Shown: positions 37,523-46,998 of the stretch, one piece after another
How positions within the stretch are numbered: position 1 is the first letter of the stretch
Layout of the letters: each line of letters starts with the position of its first letter
Assembly: GCA_036517655.1 (NCBI GenBank)
Contig: DATDVE010000016.1
Span: forward strand, 2,979 to 66,978
Length of the DNA stretch: 64,000 nucleotides
Reading direction: 5' to 3'
Origin: Minisyncoccota bacterium
GTDB taxonomy: Bacteria > Patescibacteriota > Minisyncoccia > Phycocordibacterales > DATDSR01
Program-made: the position numbers and the translations under genes
The notes under the pieces: generated by a model
Seen by the model: the letters and a program-made list of their open reading frames with translations, nothing else
Told to the model about the DNA's origin: nothing
Database searches by the model: none

Positions 37523-38850
37523 TCCTTCTCTTGTCTTACAAGTAGTTCGCTCGCCTTGGTTGGATCTTCCAGGAGCTGCTCTGTTGCTCTCTCTAGTCTC
37601 ACTGATTGCGAGGCTTTTAGCAACACCATGTCACCAGATAAGACGAAACTTGATAGAAATTTGCCAGCCTCTTGTGAATTTCCGAATTCATGCACGCTAC
37701 CTTTATCAAACCCGTCTTCTATTGCGCTCTCGCCAATCCACTTTGCCTTCTCCCCCACACAGACAAGCACGTCTGCCACGCCTCTTATCCAAGTTCCAAC
37801 TTTACGATGCTCGCCCTCACTATACTCGCCCAATTCGAGCATGTCGCCCAGCACAGCAACCTTGCGTGGCTGTGGCTGACTGTCAGCCATAGGGCTGACA
37901 GTCAGCTCTAGCTCATGGAGAGTTTCGAGGGCTAGTTTGACGGCTGATGGGGACGAATTATATGTGTCGTCTATTATGGTTGAACCATTTTTGCCAGGGA
38001 GGATTCGCAGGCGGCCGGGAGTAAATTTATGTCTTCCTAGTGCATCTGATATTGTGACGACATTAATCCCTAGGTTTGCGCCGACGGCAAATGCCGCAAG
38101 TGCCGCGTAGGCATGACCCTTGCCGAGCACTCCACACAATCTGACGGGCACGCTCTTGCCAGCATAATCTACTCTAAGGTTTATGCCCTTCGGCTTCTTG
38201 CCCCGAGCGGAGTCAAGTGGGTCATCATAACTTGTGTGCAAATTATCTCCCCGAATATTTGCATCGCTTGCGAATCCGTATGAGATTACGCGCGCACGGG
38301 TAGCCTCACGCATCTCCCAGGCGCGGGCGTCATCGCGGTTAACTATCGCTGTGCCATCTTCTGGCAGTGCGCGTAAGAGCTCACTTTTTTCACTTACGAG
38401 CGCCTCTATGTCCCGAAAGAATTCTACATGCACCGGCACTTCACTGCCAATCCCCGTTATCACTCCCAATTTTGGTCGCACCCACGAAGAAAGTGTTTTA
38501 ATGTCACCCGGCTTATCTGCACCCAGTTCCAGGACGAGAAATTTGTATTTCTCGCCCGGAAAACCCAAGCGCCAAATCCCAAAGCCCAAGTTGAGCAGCC
38601 AGCCCATGGGCGAACTCCAGGCGGTTTTGAGACCTAAGATAGTTAGGGGGACGCCGAATTCGCTGTTTAGGCTCTTTTCATTCTTCTTCGCAGAGAAAGT
38701 GCTGGAAACAACTGTGTAGAGCAAATCTTTCGCGCTAGTTTTGCCTACAGAACCTGTCACGGCAATTACTTTTGGCTTTGTGCGTGCAAGTACAAGCCTT
38801 GCTTCTAGTACTAGGGCTGCAATAACAATTTTTTTTATCAGTGCTCTCAT
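37504..38850 (-). CDS. murF: UDP-MurNAc-tripeptide--D-Ala-D-Ala ligase
   Basis: VTGSVGKTS, DDTYNSSP, VLGDMLELG, LLKASQ. Confidence 0.93.
   Translation of the reverse strand: MRALIKKIVIAALVLEARLVLARTKPKVIAVTGSVGKTSAKDLLYTVVSSTFSAKKNEKSLNSEFGVPLTILGLKTAWSSPMGWLLNLGFGIWRLGFPGEKYKFLVLELGADKPGDIKTLSSWVRPKLGVITGIGSEVPVHVEFFRDIEALVSEKSELLRALPEDGTAIVNRDDARAWEMREATRARVISYGFASDANIRGDNLHTSYDDPLDSARGKKPKGINLRVDYAGKSVPVRLCGVLGKGHAYAALAAFAVGANLGINVVTISDALGRHKFTPGRLRILPGKNGSTIIDDTYNSSPSAVKLALETLHELELTVSPMADSQPQPRKVAVLGDMLELGEYSEGEHRKVGTWIRGVADVLVCVGEKAKWIGESAIEDGFDKGSVHEFGNSQEAGKFLSSFVLSGDMVLLKASQSVRLERATEQLLEDPTKASELLVRQEKEWRRKM
37875..37906. repeat. Perfect 14-bp hairpin in frame in murF (LTVSPMADSQ)
   Basis: gctgactgtcagcc-atag-ggctgacagtcagc. 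Confidence 0.8.
38197..38223 (-). repeat. Palindromic element in frame in murF (DPLDSARGK)
   Basis: Minus strand gacccacttgactccgctcggggcaag; same layout and CAAG tail as the dnaK element. Confidence 0.7.
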
Positions 38851-40562
38851 CTGTCTGGCGGAATTTCGTAATAACTAATCAAAAATTCAGCAATATCGCC
38901 GAATGGTTCGGTGAGTGTCTGCGAAGCAAAGTCAGCACCCTTCGGTTCATACATATATAGGAAGACTAAGAACTCCGGGTCATACGCGGGGAAGTAGCCG
39001 AAGAATGAATGCATGAAGCGGTCCTCGTAGTATCCACCGTCGTCTGGATTAGCAATCTGGGCTGTGCCAGTCTTCGCCGCAATACTATAGTTCTCCATTC
39101 TAAGAGACCCGGCAGCAAGGTGTTCATCCACAACTTTGACGAGCATGCGCGTAATCTCGTCACTCGTCTCCCGACTTATTGCCCTACCCTGCTCGGTCAC
39201 CTCGCTCTCTTCAGAGTAGCCCAACTTGTATTCTAGGCGCGAAACTACGTGCGGCTTAATCAGGAATCCGCCATTGCCCAGTGCTCCCAAGGCCCGAACC
39301 ATGCTTATAGGCGAAACAGCGATACCTTGACCGAACGAGGCCGTTGCAATCTCTACGTCTCTATTACTCTCGAGATTGTCCACTAAGTTACCAGTCTCTC
39401 CCGGAAGGTCGATGCCCGTTTTCTCGTGGAAGCCGAAGCGATACATGTACTGCCGAAAGTTGTCCTTGCCCATCCTATGTGCCGCAAATGTTACACCGGT
39501 GTTGAGCGACTGATTCAGCACGTCCTGCATATCTACTTCTCCTCTGCCCTTGCCGTCATAATTGCCAATCGTTTTGCCGTCAAGTTCAATGTATCCTTTG
39601 TCAAAATATTTTGTATCGGCTTTAACTGCTCCCTCATCGAGGGCCGCGGCCATGGTGATTGGCTTCATGATAGAACCCATCTCGAAGACGTCTTCAACAA
39701 ACGGGTTGGAGAAGACGCCCGGGTCAGTCTCAAGGCCATAATTATTGGGATCGAAGTTCGGATTTGCGCTCATCGCAATGATTGCCCCAGTCGAAGGGTC
39801 CAGCACAATTATCCCCACTGACTTTGCCTCCCACTTCTCCATAAGGCCCTCGGTCTTAGATTCGACGAGGCGCTGGACAGACGGTTCTATGGAGAGCACG
39901 ACATCCGCATCGCGCGATCCTTCCTTACCGAAAACTTCATCCTTAATGCCAGAGAACAGACCCGAAAAAAAGTTCTGATAGAGATCTCCCGGGTCGCGGC
40001 GAAGCCTTGCTTCGTAATATTTTTCAACGCCGTACTGACCCTCGTACCTATCACCTTGGTAACCTACGAATCCAAGAACATGCGCAGCAAGATCCCCTGC
40101 TGGATACGTACGCCATTGCTCCCGAACTAGGGCCACTCCCGGCAGCTCAAGCTCATTAATCCGCTCGCCCACACTTTGTGGCAAACGTCCGGTAATTTCT
40201 TCATAAGGATCGTCAACCTTGCTAGCCCTCTCTTTAAACTCGATCTCGGAAATGTCAGGCAAGACAGTTTTGAGCTTTTCGAAATATGCGTTCGGATCCT
40301 CTACCAAGTCAGGATTGACCGAGAGAATAAACCCGGAATCAAGGCCAGCTGCGGTCAGCTTGCCTCCCTGTCGGTCCTGGAAGAAAACCGAGCCTCTCTC
40401 ATATACGCCGTATTCTCCGCCAGCCTCATACTGCGAATCGGCTAGCGTACTCCAATATGAGCCCTGTACAATTTGGACATAGAAGAGACGTCCAGTATAA
40501 AGCATGGCAAGAAGTGTTAGAGCTATCGCCAGGAATCTTACTCTACCTCGCTCTATTTCCAC
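38847..40562 (-). CDS. ftsI: Class B penicillin-binding protein, FtsI-like
   Basis: N-terminal TM, GSIMK (SxxK), SLN, KTGTAQ; in the mraZ-rsmH-ftsL operon. Confidence 0.88.
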   Translation of the reverse strand: MEIERGRVRFLAIALTLLAMLYTGRLFYVQIVQGSYWSTLADSQYEAGGEYGVYERGSVFFQDRQGGKLTAAGLDSGFILSVNPDLVEDPNAYFEKLKTVLPDISEIEFKERASKVDDPYEEITGRLPQSVGERINELELPGVALVREQWRTYPAGDLAAHVLGFVGYQGDRYEGQYGVEKYYEARLRRDPGDLYQNFFSGLFSGIKDEVFGKEGSRDADVVLSIEPSVQRLVESKTEGLMEKWEAKSVGIIVLDPSTGAIIAMSANPNFDPNNYGLETDPGVFSNPFVEDVFEMGSIMKPITMAAALDEGAVKADTKYFDKGYIELDGKTIGNYDGKGRGEVDMQDVLNQSLNTGVTFAAHRMGKDNFRQYMYRFGFHEKTGIDLPGETGNLVDNLESNRDVEIATASFGQGIAVSPISMVRALGALGNGGFLIKPHVVSRLEYKLGYSEESEVTEQGRAISRETSDEITRMLVKVVDEHLAAGSLRMENYSIAAKTGTAQIANPDDGGYYEDRFMHSFFGYFPAYDPEFLVFLYMYEPKGADFASQTLTEPFGDIAEFLISYYEIPPDR

Positions 40563-40863
40563 TGTAGTCTAGACTTACTTGACCCTCCAGTTCAGCATCC
40601 CTCACATAACTTACTTTTTGCACTTGCGCAAAGCCGCTATGCAGAGCCACTTCCTCTGAAATAGATCGGGAGAGCTCGTAGTACTCGACTTCAAGCTTGC
40701 CCACATTTGCCGCAAGCCCGCTCGCATCTTGAGACCAGGTTCTCGCTGTAACTAGGTAGAAAATCGAACTTTGAATGAAGAAAACGTACATCACAGCCAT
40801 AACCAAGAATAGAACTAACAGACTCCAGAATGTGCGGCCTTGATGTGGAACGTGATTAGTCAT
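40543..40863 (-). CDS. ftsL: FtsL-like bitopic coiled-coil protein
   Basis: Between rsmH and ftsI; single TM, coiled coil, A...GF; ATG at 40863. Confidence 0.6.
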   Translation of the reverse strand: MTNHVPHQGRTFWSLLVLFLVMAVMYVFFIQSSIFYLVTARTWSQDASGLAANVGKLEVEYYELSRSISEEVALHSGFAQVQKVSYVRDAELEGQVSLDYSGNRAR

Positions 40864-41773
40864 TTTTCTTCTCTTCTCTCGCCCCCTTTTTAATAGCTCG
40901 AATCTTTGCGCTCCGTGATCTTGGATTGGTAGCCTTCTCGGCATTCGTTGGAGTAATCGGTTTTTTTGTAAGGATCGAACCCTGACCAGAACTCTCCCGC
41001 TCCTTCAAGAATTTTTTCACCTCCCTGTCCTCAAGCTCATGAAATGAGATAACAACAATGCGTCCGTCTTGACTAAGCACTTCCCAGCCGTCTCGCAACA
41101 CACACCTAAGAGCACCGAGCTCGTCGTTAACTGCAATCCTGATTGCCTGAAAAACTTTTGTAGCCGGGTGAATTGCTCCCCTTCTACCACCAAGTGCTCG
41201 CATCACAATTTCTGCAAGCTCGCCACTTGTCTCTATTACTTTTGCCACCCGATTATCTACAATCGCTCTGGCTACCTTCCGCGCCCCACGTTCGCCACCA
41301 AATCCCCAAAATATGTCTGCCAAACTTTCTTCCTTCCAGCTGTTCACCACATCGTACGCCGTAAGATCTCCCAAAGTAGGCTCATTTTTAAAAGTCATCT
41401 GGAGAGGCTCGTCCTTATCGAAACTGAATCCTCGACCGGACGATTTGATCTGGTCAGTAGAGATACCCAGATCAAGGACTATTCGATCAACAAGTTTGAA
41501 TCCGGCCTCACGAATAATGCGCGCAATATCTCTAAAGTTCTCCTGCAATAGTATCACTTGACATGGAGCACCCTCTAAATTATTTTTTATCCTCTCTAGC
41601 GCAACTGCGTCAAGATCGGTGATTATTAGCGTGCCTTTCTCTCCGATTCTCTTTGCAATCTCGCGTGAGAGACCTCCACTGCCACCTGTCCCCTCGAACA
41701 CAGTAAGACCCGGCGAGAGATTAAGCAGTAAGAGCGTCTCGTTTAGAAGTACCGTTGTGTGTGAATCAGTCAT
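40856..41773 (-). CDS. rsmH: 16S rRNA m4C1402 methyltransferase
   Basis: HTTVLL.E, DLGIS..Q..RGFSF, HPATKVFQAIRIAVN.EL, NPRSRSAK. Confidence 0.97.
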   Translation of the reverse strand: MTDSHTTVLLNETLLLLNLSPGLTVFEGTGGSGGLSREIAKRIGEKGTLIITDLDAVALERIKNNLEGAPCQVILLQENFRDIARIIREAGFKLVDRIVLDLGISTDQIKSSGRGFSFDKDEPLQMTFKNEPTLGDLTAYDVVNSWKEESLADIFWGFGGERGARKVARAIVDNRVAKVIETSGELAEIVMRALGGRRGAIHPATKVFQAIRIAVNDELGALRCVLRDGWEVLSQDGRIVVISFHELEDREVKKFLKERESSGQGSILTKKPITPTNAEKATNPRSRSAKIRAIKKGAREEKKND

Positions 41774-41782
41774 GTTTAGTCA

Positions 41783-42217
41783 TCAAATTGCTCCTATTTC
41801 GCCCAATTTTTCTGCCAATTGGTCAGCCTTACCCGCAACGCCAGTTTTGTATTCCTGCCACTTACTCTCGTCCCAAATTTCAACTCGCGAGTGCACACCG
41901 GCAAACACAACTTGAGTTTTCAAACCCGCAAAAGTGCGCAGAAATTCAGGGATTAGTATACGTCCTAAAGCATCCACATCAACTTCGACTGCCCCCGCCA
42001 ACATAAATCTATTAAAACCTCGTGTATCGGACTGACCCATAGATAAACCAGCAAGTTTGTCGGCCACCTTCTCCCATTCACTAACCGGGTATACCCATAG
42101 GCACTGATCCAAGCCATGAGTCACGACAACCTGCTTTCCCAGTTTCTCGCGAAACTTGGCAGGCACTGATACCCGGCTTTTGGCGTCTAAGTTGTGGGTA
42201 TATTCGCCTATGAGCAT
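41783..42217 (-). CDS. mraZ: Transcriptional regulator MraZ
   Basis: GEY.H.LD.K.R..VP, D..GRILIP, EIW. Confidence 0.97.
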   Translation of the reverse strand: MLIGEYTHNLDAKSRVSVPAKFREKLGKQVVVTHGLDQCLWVYPVSEWEKVADKLAGLSMGQSDTRGFNRFMLAGAVEVDVDALGRILIPEFLRTFAGLKTQVVFAGVHSRVEIWDESKWQEYKTGVAGKADQLAEKLGEIGAI

Positions 42218-42259
42218 AATTTGTCTTAAAACAAAGACGGAGAACGCGGTAATTTATTA

Positions 42260-42328
42260 CCACTTTCTCCCACTTGTCTAGTATTATACTCCACTTTCTC
42301 CCACCGCATATCCACTTATCCACACCAC
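42260..42328 (-). promoter_or_regulatory. dcw promoter with MraZ-type GTGG repeats, -10 box and a DnaA box
   Basis: Minus-strand GTGG at ~10-nt spacing (CCAC at 42260, 42270, 42291, 42301, 42312); TATAAT 42288-42283; TTATCCACA 42316-42324. Confidence 0.75.
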
Positions 42329-42379
42329 CATGCTCCTAGATACTAGGAGCTACGGAGCGCACGACTCACCTACAGACCC

Positions 42380-43882
42380 CTATTCTAGGCCATAGAGTTC
42401 TTTTTGGATGTCAGTTTTCTTGTGGCGCATTTGCGGAAAGAGCGTTCCTTCACGGGCGTTCACATCCTCCAGGACCCAGAAGAGTCTCTCGCTGTGGGCG
42501 TAGCCCGAAACTGGCGGCATACCATATTCGAGCATCTCAACGAAATCTATATCTAGCATCTGTGCCTCCTTGTCTCCCCCCTCACGTGCCTTCTCCTGCT
42601 GCCGGAAGCGCTCGAACTGATCAACAGGATCATTCAACTCTGAATAACCATTGCCGAGTTCCGATCCGGCTAGGATAACGTGGAAGCGCTCTGTGAGTTC
42701 TGGATTATCTGATTTAGATTTAGCAAGTGGCGACATAAACTTGGGCTCGTTGATCAAGAACGCAGGACCCGAAATAGTCTTGCGCACCAATTTCCAAAGG
42801 TTATCTATCAAGCGCGCTTTATTAATCGCCCCCTCAAGTTTCACCCCTTTCTTTTCTAGCACACTCTGCATCTCGCCTTCACTTGCAGTCCATATGTCTA
42901 TGTCCGTAGCATCCTTTATACTCTGCGTATAGTCTATCTCCTTCCACTCGTCACTTAAATCAAACTCATACCCGCCACGCGTGAATTTAGTCCTGCCGTA
43001 CACGTTCTGTGCGATATAGCGAAACATATCACGTACGAGCTCCATATTTTTCTTATAATCTGCATACGCCCAGTACCACTCTATTTGGTAGTACTCCTGC
43101 AGGTGCTCGTCATCAATACCCTCGTTACGGAAGTTAGGTCCCAGAGTAAATACTTTTTCGAATCCCCCCCCAATTAATCTTTTCAAGTACAGTTCCGTAG
43201 AAATGCGCAGGTAGAAATCCTGATCTAGGGCGTTGTGGTGGGTTACAAACGGGGCGGCGTCAGCTCCGCCGGGAACATATTCAAGTACCGGCGTCTCTAC
43301 TTCCAAAAAACCTTTCGCCTTCAGAAATTCGCGATTAACTTCCCAGAAACGTGATTTGCGTTTGAAAAACTCTCGTCGTAGCGCATTAGTAGCTAGATCA
43401 AGATATCTCTGCCTAAATATCAACTCCGGATCTTTCAGGCCATCATGCCTATCAGGTAACGGTCGTAAACTTTTTGAGAGCATAAACAGATACTTCACTT
43501 CGAGAGAAATTTGCCCAGTTCTAGTTTTGGTCACAACCCCCCTACCCTCAACAAAGTCCCCTACATCTATCAGGTTTAATTCTGGGTAGCCTATGTGTTG
43601 TTTGCCCTTTTCAAATTTCGCGAGAACTTCTTCTTTTATATAAAGCTGTATGCGACCAGTCTCGTCTTCTAGATCGCCAAAGGAAATCGGCCCATGTTCG
43701 CGCAGACTCATCAAGCGCCCCACAAGAGTCACTTCCGTGCCCTCGAATTTATCAAAATCACTAACGATTTCCTGATTAGAGTGAGTGCGGCCTGACTCCG
43801 GTGGGTACGGATTGACCCCGAGTTCACGAAGCCGCGCGACCTTCGAGAGGCGTTCCTGCCTAATTTCTACAAGCGAGGCCAT
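42380..43882 (-). CDS. lysS: Lysine--tRNA ligase (class II)
   Basis: RQRYLDL, GGADAAPFVTHHN, LRISTELYLKRL, FRNEG, YGMPP. Confidence 0.97.
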   Translation of the reverse strand: MASLVEIRQERLSKVARLRELGVNPYPPESGRTHSNQEIVSDFDKFEGTEVTLVGRLMSLREHGPISFGDLEDETGRIQLYIKEEVLAKFEKGKQHIGYPELNLIDVGDFVEGRGVVTKTRTGQISLEVKYLFMLSKSLRPLPDRHDGLKDPELIFRQRYLDLATNALRREFFKRKSRFWEVNREFLKAKGFLEVETPVLEYVPGGADAAPFVTHHNALDQDFYLRISTELYLKRLIGGGFEKVFTLGPNFRNEGIDDEHLQEYYQIEWYWAYADYKKNMELVRDMFRYIAQNVYGRTKFTRGGYEFDLSDEWKEIDYTQSIKDATDIDIWTASEGEMQSVLEKKGVKLEGAINKARLIDNLWKLVRKTISGPAFLINEPKFMSPLAKSKSDNPELTERFHVILAGSELGNGYSELNDPVDQFERFRQQEKAREGGDKEAQMLDIDFVEMLEYGMPPVSGYAHSERLFWVLEDVNAREGTLFPQMRHKKTDIQKELYGLE

Positions 43883-43887
43883 AAGTG

Positions 43888-44355
43888 CTAGGCCAGATCA
43901 ATAATCTGATACTCGAAGAGGCCTTTGCCTGTCTTGACCTCGAATTTCTCACCTTTCTTCTTGCCCATCATTGCTCGGCCAATTGGAGATTCGTTAGAAA
44001 TTTTGCTGTTGTTAATATCAGCCTCCGAAGAACCTACTATCTGTACTTTCTGGCTATCCTTGTTCCCCGTTCTCGAGATGCTGACAGTAGAACCTACCTC
44101 AACTACTGTAGAGTGATGCGAGTCAACAATCACAGCTCGCTTGACCACGTCGGAGAGGTAAGCAATACGCTCTTCAAGCGCAGCCTGAGCCGCCCGAGCT
44201 TCCTGATATTCTGAATTCTCGCGCAAGTCGCCCAGGGATTTGGCCTGCTCTAATTGCTCGGCAATCTCGCGGCGCTTATTCGTGCTCAACTCCTCAAGTT
44301 CTGCCTTGAGCTGTTCAAATTTCTCCCTACTCAAATATTCATTAGCCTGTGCCAT
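43888..44355 (-). CDS. greA: Transcription elongation factor GreA
   Basis: GDLRENSEY, ISNESPIGRA. Confidence 0.97.
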   Translation of the reverse strand: MAQANEYLSREKFEQLKAELEELSTNKRREIAEQLEQAKSLGDLRENSEYQEARAAQAALEERIAYLSDVVKRAVIVDSHHSTVVEVGSTVSISRTGNKDSQKVQIVGSSEADINNSKISNESPIGRAMMGKKKGEKFEVKTGKGLFEYQIIDLA

Positions 44356-44395
44356 AGTGAAGCTATTATATCATAAGATAGCGAGAGGTGAAAGC

Positions 44396-46063
44396 TTAGT
44401 TGCCCTCTAGATATTCCGGGGCGTAAATATTAAGCCAGTCGAAGAATTGTCTTGCGACATAGGCCGCACCTATGGTGTTGCCAACATGACCTCTCTCCAT
44501 GACAATGGCAAAGGCATAACGCGGATTTTCATAGGGGAAATAACCCTCTATCCAAGAATTCACGCGCTGTTTGGTATCACCCAGTTCTGCTGTACCCGTC
44601 TTGGCGGCAATCTCAACGTAGGGCACGTTGAGGGCAAGGGCGGTGCCCTCAAGTGTAGCCAGCCGCATTCCCTCTTGCACAATTTCGAGATGCCCGGGAT
44701 CTAAGGGAAGACTCTCTGCATCTTTGGGTAAGCCAATCTTCACAACGCTTGGGCGTAGCAGATTACCACCATTTGCTATCGCCGCGACGGCGCGAGCCAT
44801 CTGCAATGGCGTAACCTGGAAGCCGTACTGACCGATGGCAGTATGATAGGTATCGCCAAGACGCCAACCTTCATTAAAAATCTCGTCCTTCCATGCGGGC
44901 GAGGGCACAACACCAGCTGCCTCGCCGGGGAGATTAACACCCGTCTCTCTGCCAAAACCGAACATAAAACTATATTGATCAATCTTTTCTATACCCAAAC
45001 CTTTCTGATCCTTGTAACCTCCTCCAATCTCGTAGAAATAAACGTTCGACGAGACAGCCAGGGCATGGCGCATATCTACCAATCCGTGAGCCTTCCAGTC
45101 TTTGAAGACAGCGAAGGTGCCGGGACTATAAGGATTCGGAATTTGCAAACTGCCTGTGCTTAATATCTGCCTATTCTCATTTATGATGCCCTCTTCAAGC
45201 GCAGCAACTGCCATGAAAGGTTTGATAATTGATCCCGGTGCGTAAGTCCCGGATATTGCTCTGTTCAGAAACGGGTTTCGTTTGTCTAATAGTAGCGCCG
45301 GTAATTCAGGACCTGTACTTGTGCCAGAGAGAGCGGACAAAGGGAACTCCGGGTAGCTTGAGAGTGCCAGTATCTCGCCGTTATCAATATCAATAATGAC
45401 TCCTGCCCCACCAGTAAAGTCTCTCTCAAGGGACACAGCTTCGATGTACTTATAGAGCGCGCTCTGGACGGCAGCATCGATCGAGAGATTAACTGGAGAA
45501 CCGTCGGAGGGTACCCTACTGATACTTTCTGAGACGACATCACCAGTAGAATCGACCTCCTCTATCTTCTCTCCAATATTTCCGCGCAGTTTCTCGTCAT
45601 ATTCCTTCTCTACGCCCATTTTACCGATCCGAATATTCGGGTCTCGATGCGGGAGTCCGTCAAGTTCCTCCTCACTGGGTAATCCGAGATATCCAACGAT
45701 ATGAGATAGACCCGGCAAATCGGTATACGTTCTGCCAGAATCGGGATCATTGCGAGCAAGCAACTTTCCCTCTCTATCGTAAATTACGCCTCGCTCGGTT
45801 GGAATAGTTACGAGACGCAAACTATTGTCCTCGCTGCGCAAGCGGAACTCAGATCCCTGTGCAATCTGTAAGGTACCTAGCCTGTATAAGTAGCCGCCTC
45901 CCACAAGTACAAAACTAAGAGATAGGGCAAGAATCGCCTTTTTAGACAACGCTCTCTCGATTCGACCCTCAAACTGTTGCTTGTTGAAAGCCGGAAGATT
46001 GCTAGAGTCGAGAAGGACTTCATCAAGATCAATCTCAAAATTATATTTATTCTTACGCCTCAT
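44396..46063 (-). CDS. mrdA: Penicillin-binding protein 2 (elongation transpeptidase)
   Basis: RGVIYDR, PGSIIK, SSN, AKTGTAE; downstream of mreBCD; ATG at 46063 preferred. Confidence 0.9.
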   Translation of the reverse strand: MRRKNKYNFEIDLDEVLLDSSNLPAFNKQQFEGRIERALSKKAILALSLSFVLVGGGYLYRLGTLQIAQGSEFRLRSEDNSLRLVTIPTERGVIYDREGKLLARNDPDSGRTYTDLPGLSHIVGYLGLPSEEELDGLPHRDPNIRIGKMGVEKEYDEKLRGNIGEKIEEVDSTGDVVSESISRVPSDGSPVNLSIDAAVQSALYKYIEAVSLERDFTGGAGVIIDIDNGEILALSSYPEFPLSALSGTSTGPELPALLLDKRNPFLNRAISGTYAPGSIIKPFMAVAALEEGIINENRQILSTGSLQIPNPYSPGTFAVFKDWKAHGLVDMRHALAVSSNVYFYEIGGGYKDQKGLGIEKIDQYSFMFGFGRETGVNLPGEAAGVVPSPAWKDEIFNEGWRLGDTYHTAIGQYGFQVTPLQMARAVAAIANGGNLLRPSVVKIGLPKDAESLPLDPGHLEIVQEGMRLATLEGTALALNVPYVEIAAKTGTAELGDTKQRVNSWIEGYFPYENPRYAFAIVMERGHVGNTIGAAYVARQFFDWLNIYAPEYLEGN

Positions 46064-46328
46064 ACCATCTTGTACTTGGCTTGATAAGAAGTTCACATGT
46101 GAGGACGAGAGCAGCGCAGAGCAAGGTTGCCGAGACCCAAATTTTAGTTTCTCCTCCACCATAAAAGACGTCCACAAGAAGTGCGGCAAACAACACCTCA
46201 AAGAACCAAGAGTACAGAAAGATACCGATGATGCCAAGTAGGCTAGAAAACCACCAGGGCAAAACGAAAATGCTCGCAAGCGTTACAGCAACAAATATAA
46301 GTCTCTTACTTTTAGTTTGGGAGTACAT
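46053..46328 (-). CDS. Short MreD-like membrane protein
   Basis: Hydrophobic ORF between mreC and mrdA. Confidence 0.55.
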   Translation of the reverse strand: MYSQTKSKRLIFVAVTLASIFVLPWWFSSLLGIIGIFLYSWFFEVLFAALLVDVFYGGGETKIWVSATLLCAALVLTCELLIKPSTRWYEA

Positions 46329-46998
46329 AGACTCTTGTTTCGTGGTGAATATTAACAGGGCTCCTCGCATATATCTTTTGGAAGGCATCACCTGGCTCAT
46401 CCTTTATGTACTCGACACTTGCGAGAACGTATGCACCCTCACCTGTGGAAAATAGCGTCGAAGAAGCAGCGACAGCTACCCCTTCGGGAAGTTTGAGGAA
46501 GAAGTTCTGACTGCCCTGCCCGGAGACCATAACTCGTTCCTTGCCATCAAGGACTACCTCAAGCTCCTTGCCAAAGGCAGAGTAGAGTTCCACCTTCGAA
46601 ATTTCTGGGTACACTTCAATAACCTCGCCCAACAGCACACCAGATTCAGTTATAACTTTTGACCCAAAAGCTATTCCGTGGTTCCCGCCTCGGTCGACCA
46701 AGAAAGTATCATAAGGAGAAGAGGAAATTGACGAGAGGATAAGCGCCAATTCGCCCCGTGGACCAGTCCTCTCAAACTCCGCAATACGCAAGGACAGAAT
46801 TCTTAACTTCTCGTTCCGCTCCTTCGTTCTGTCAGACATCAAGAAATTTCTTGTCTCCCATATTGGAATGGCAATATACGAGCCGAGGCTCACTAAAGCA
46901 TAGGCAAGATACTGTCGGAATATAATACTGACAAGAACGAACAGGGAAATCGCAACAATCCTTGTCCTCACCTTATTATTTCTCACGCGCAAGCTCAT
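46312..46998 (-). CDS. mreC: Rod shape-determining protein MreC
   Basis: PYDTFLVDRG..HGI..G..V...GVLLGEVIEV; follows mreB. Confidence 0.88.
   Translation of the reverse strand: MSLRVRNNKVRTRIVAISLFVLVSIIFRQYLAYALVSLGSYIAIPIWETRNFLMSDRTKERNEKLRILSLRIAEFERTGPRGELALILSSISSSPYDTFLVDRGGNHGIAFGSKVITESGVLLGEVIEVYPEISKVELYSAFGKELEVVLDGKERVMVSGQGSQNFFLKLPEGVAVAASSTLFSTGEGAYVLASVEYIKDEPGDAFQKIYARSPVNIHHETRVYVLPN

Noticed and set aside
46064-46279. N-terminal extension of mrdA in the ORF track
   Set aside because: It overlaps the MreD-like gene in another frame; ATG at 46063 gives a normal PBP2 N-terminus
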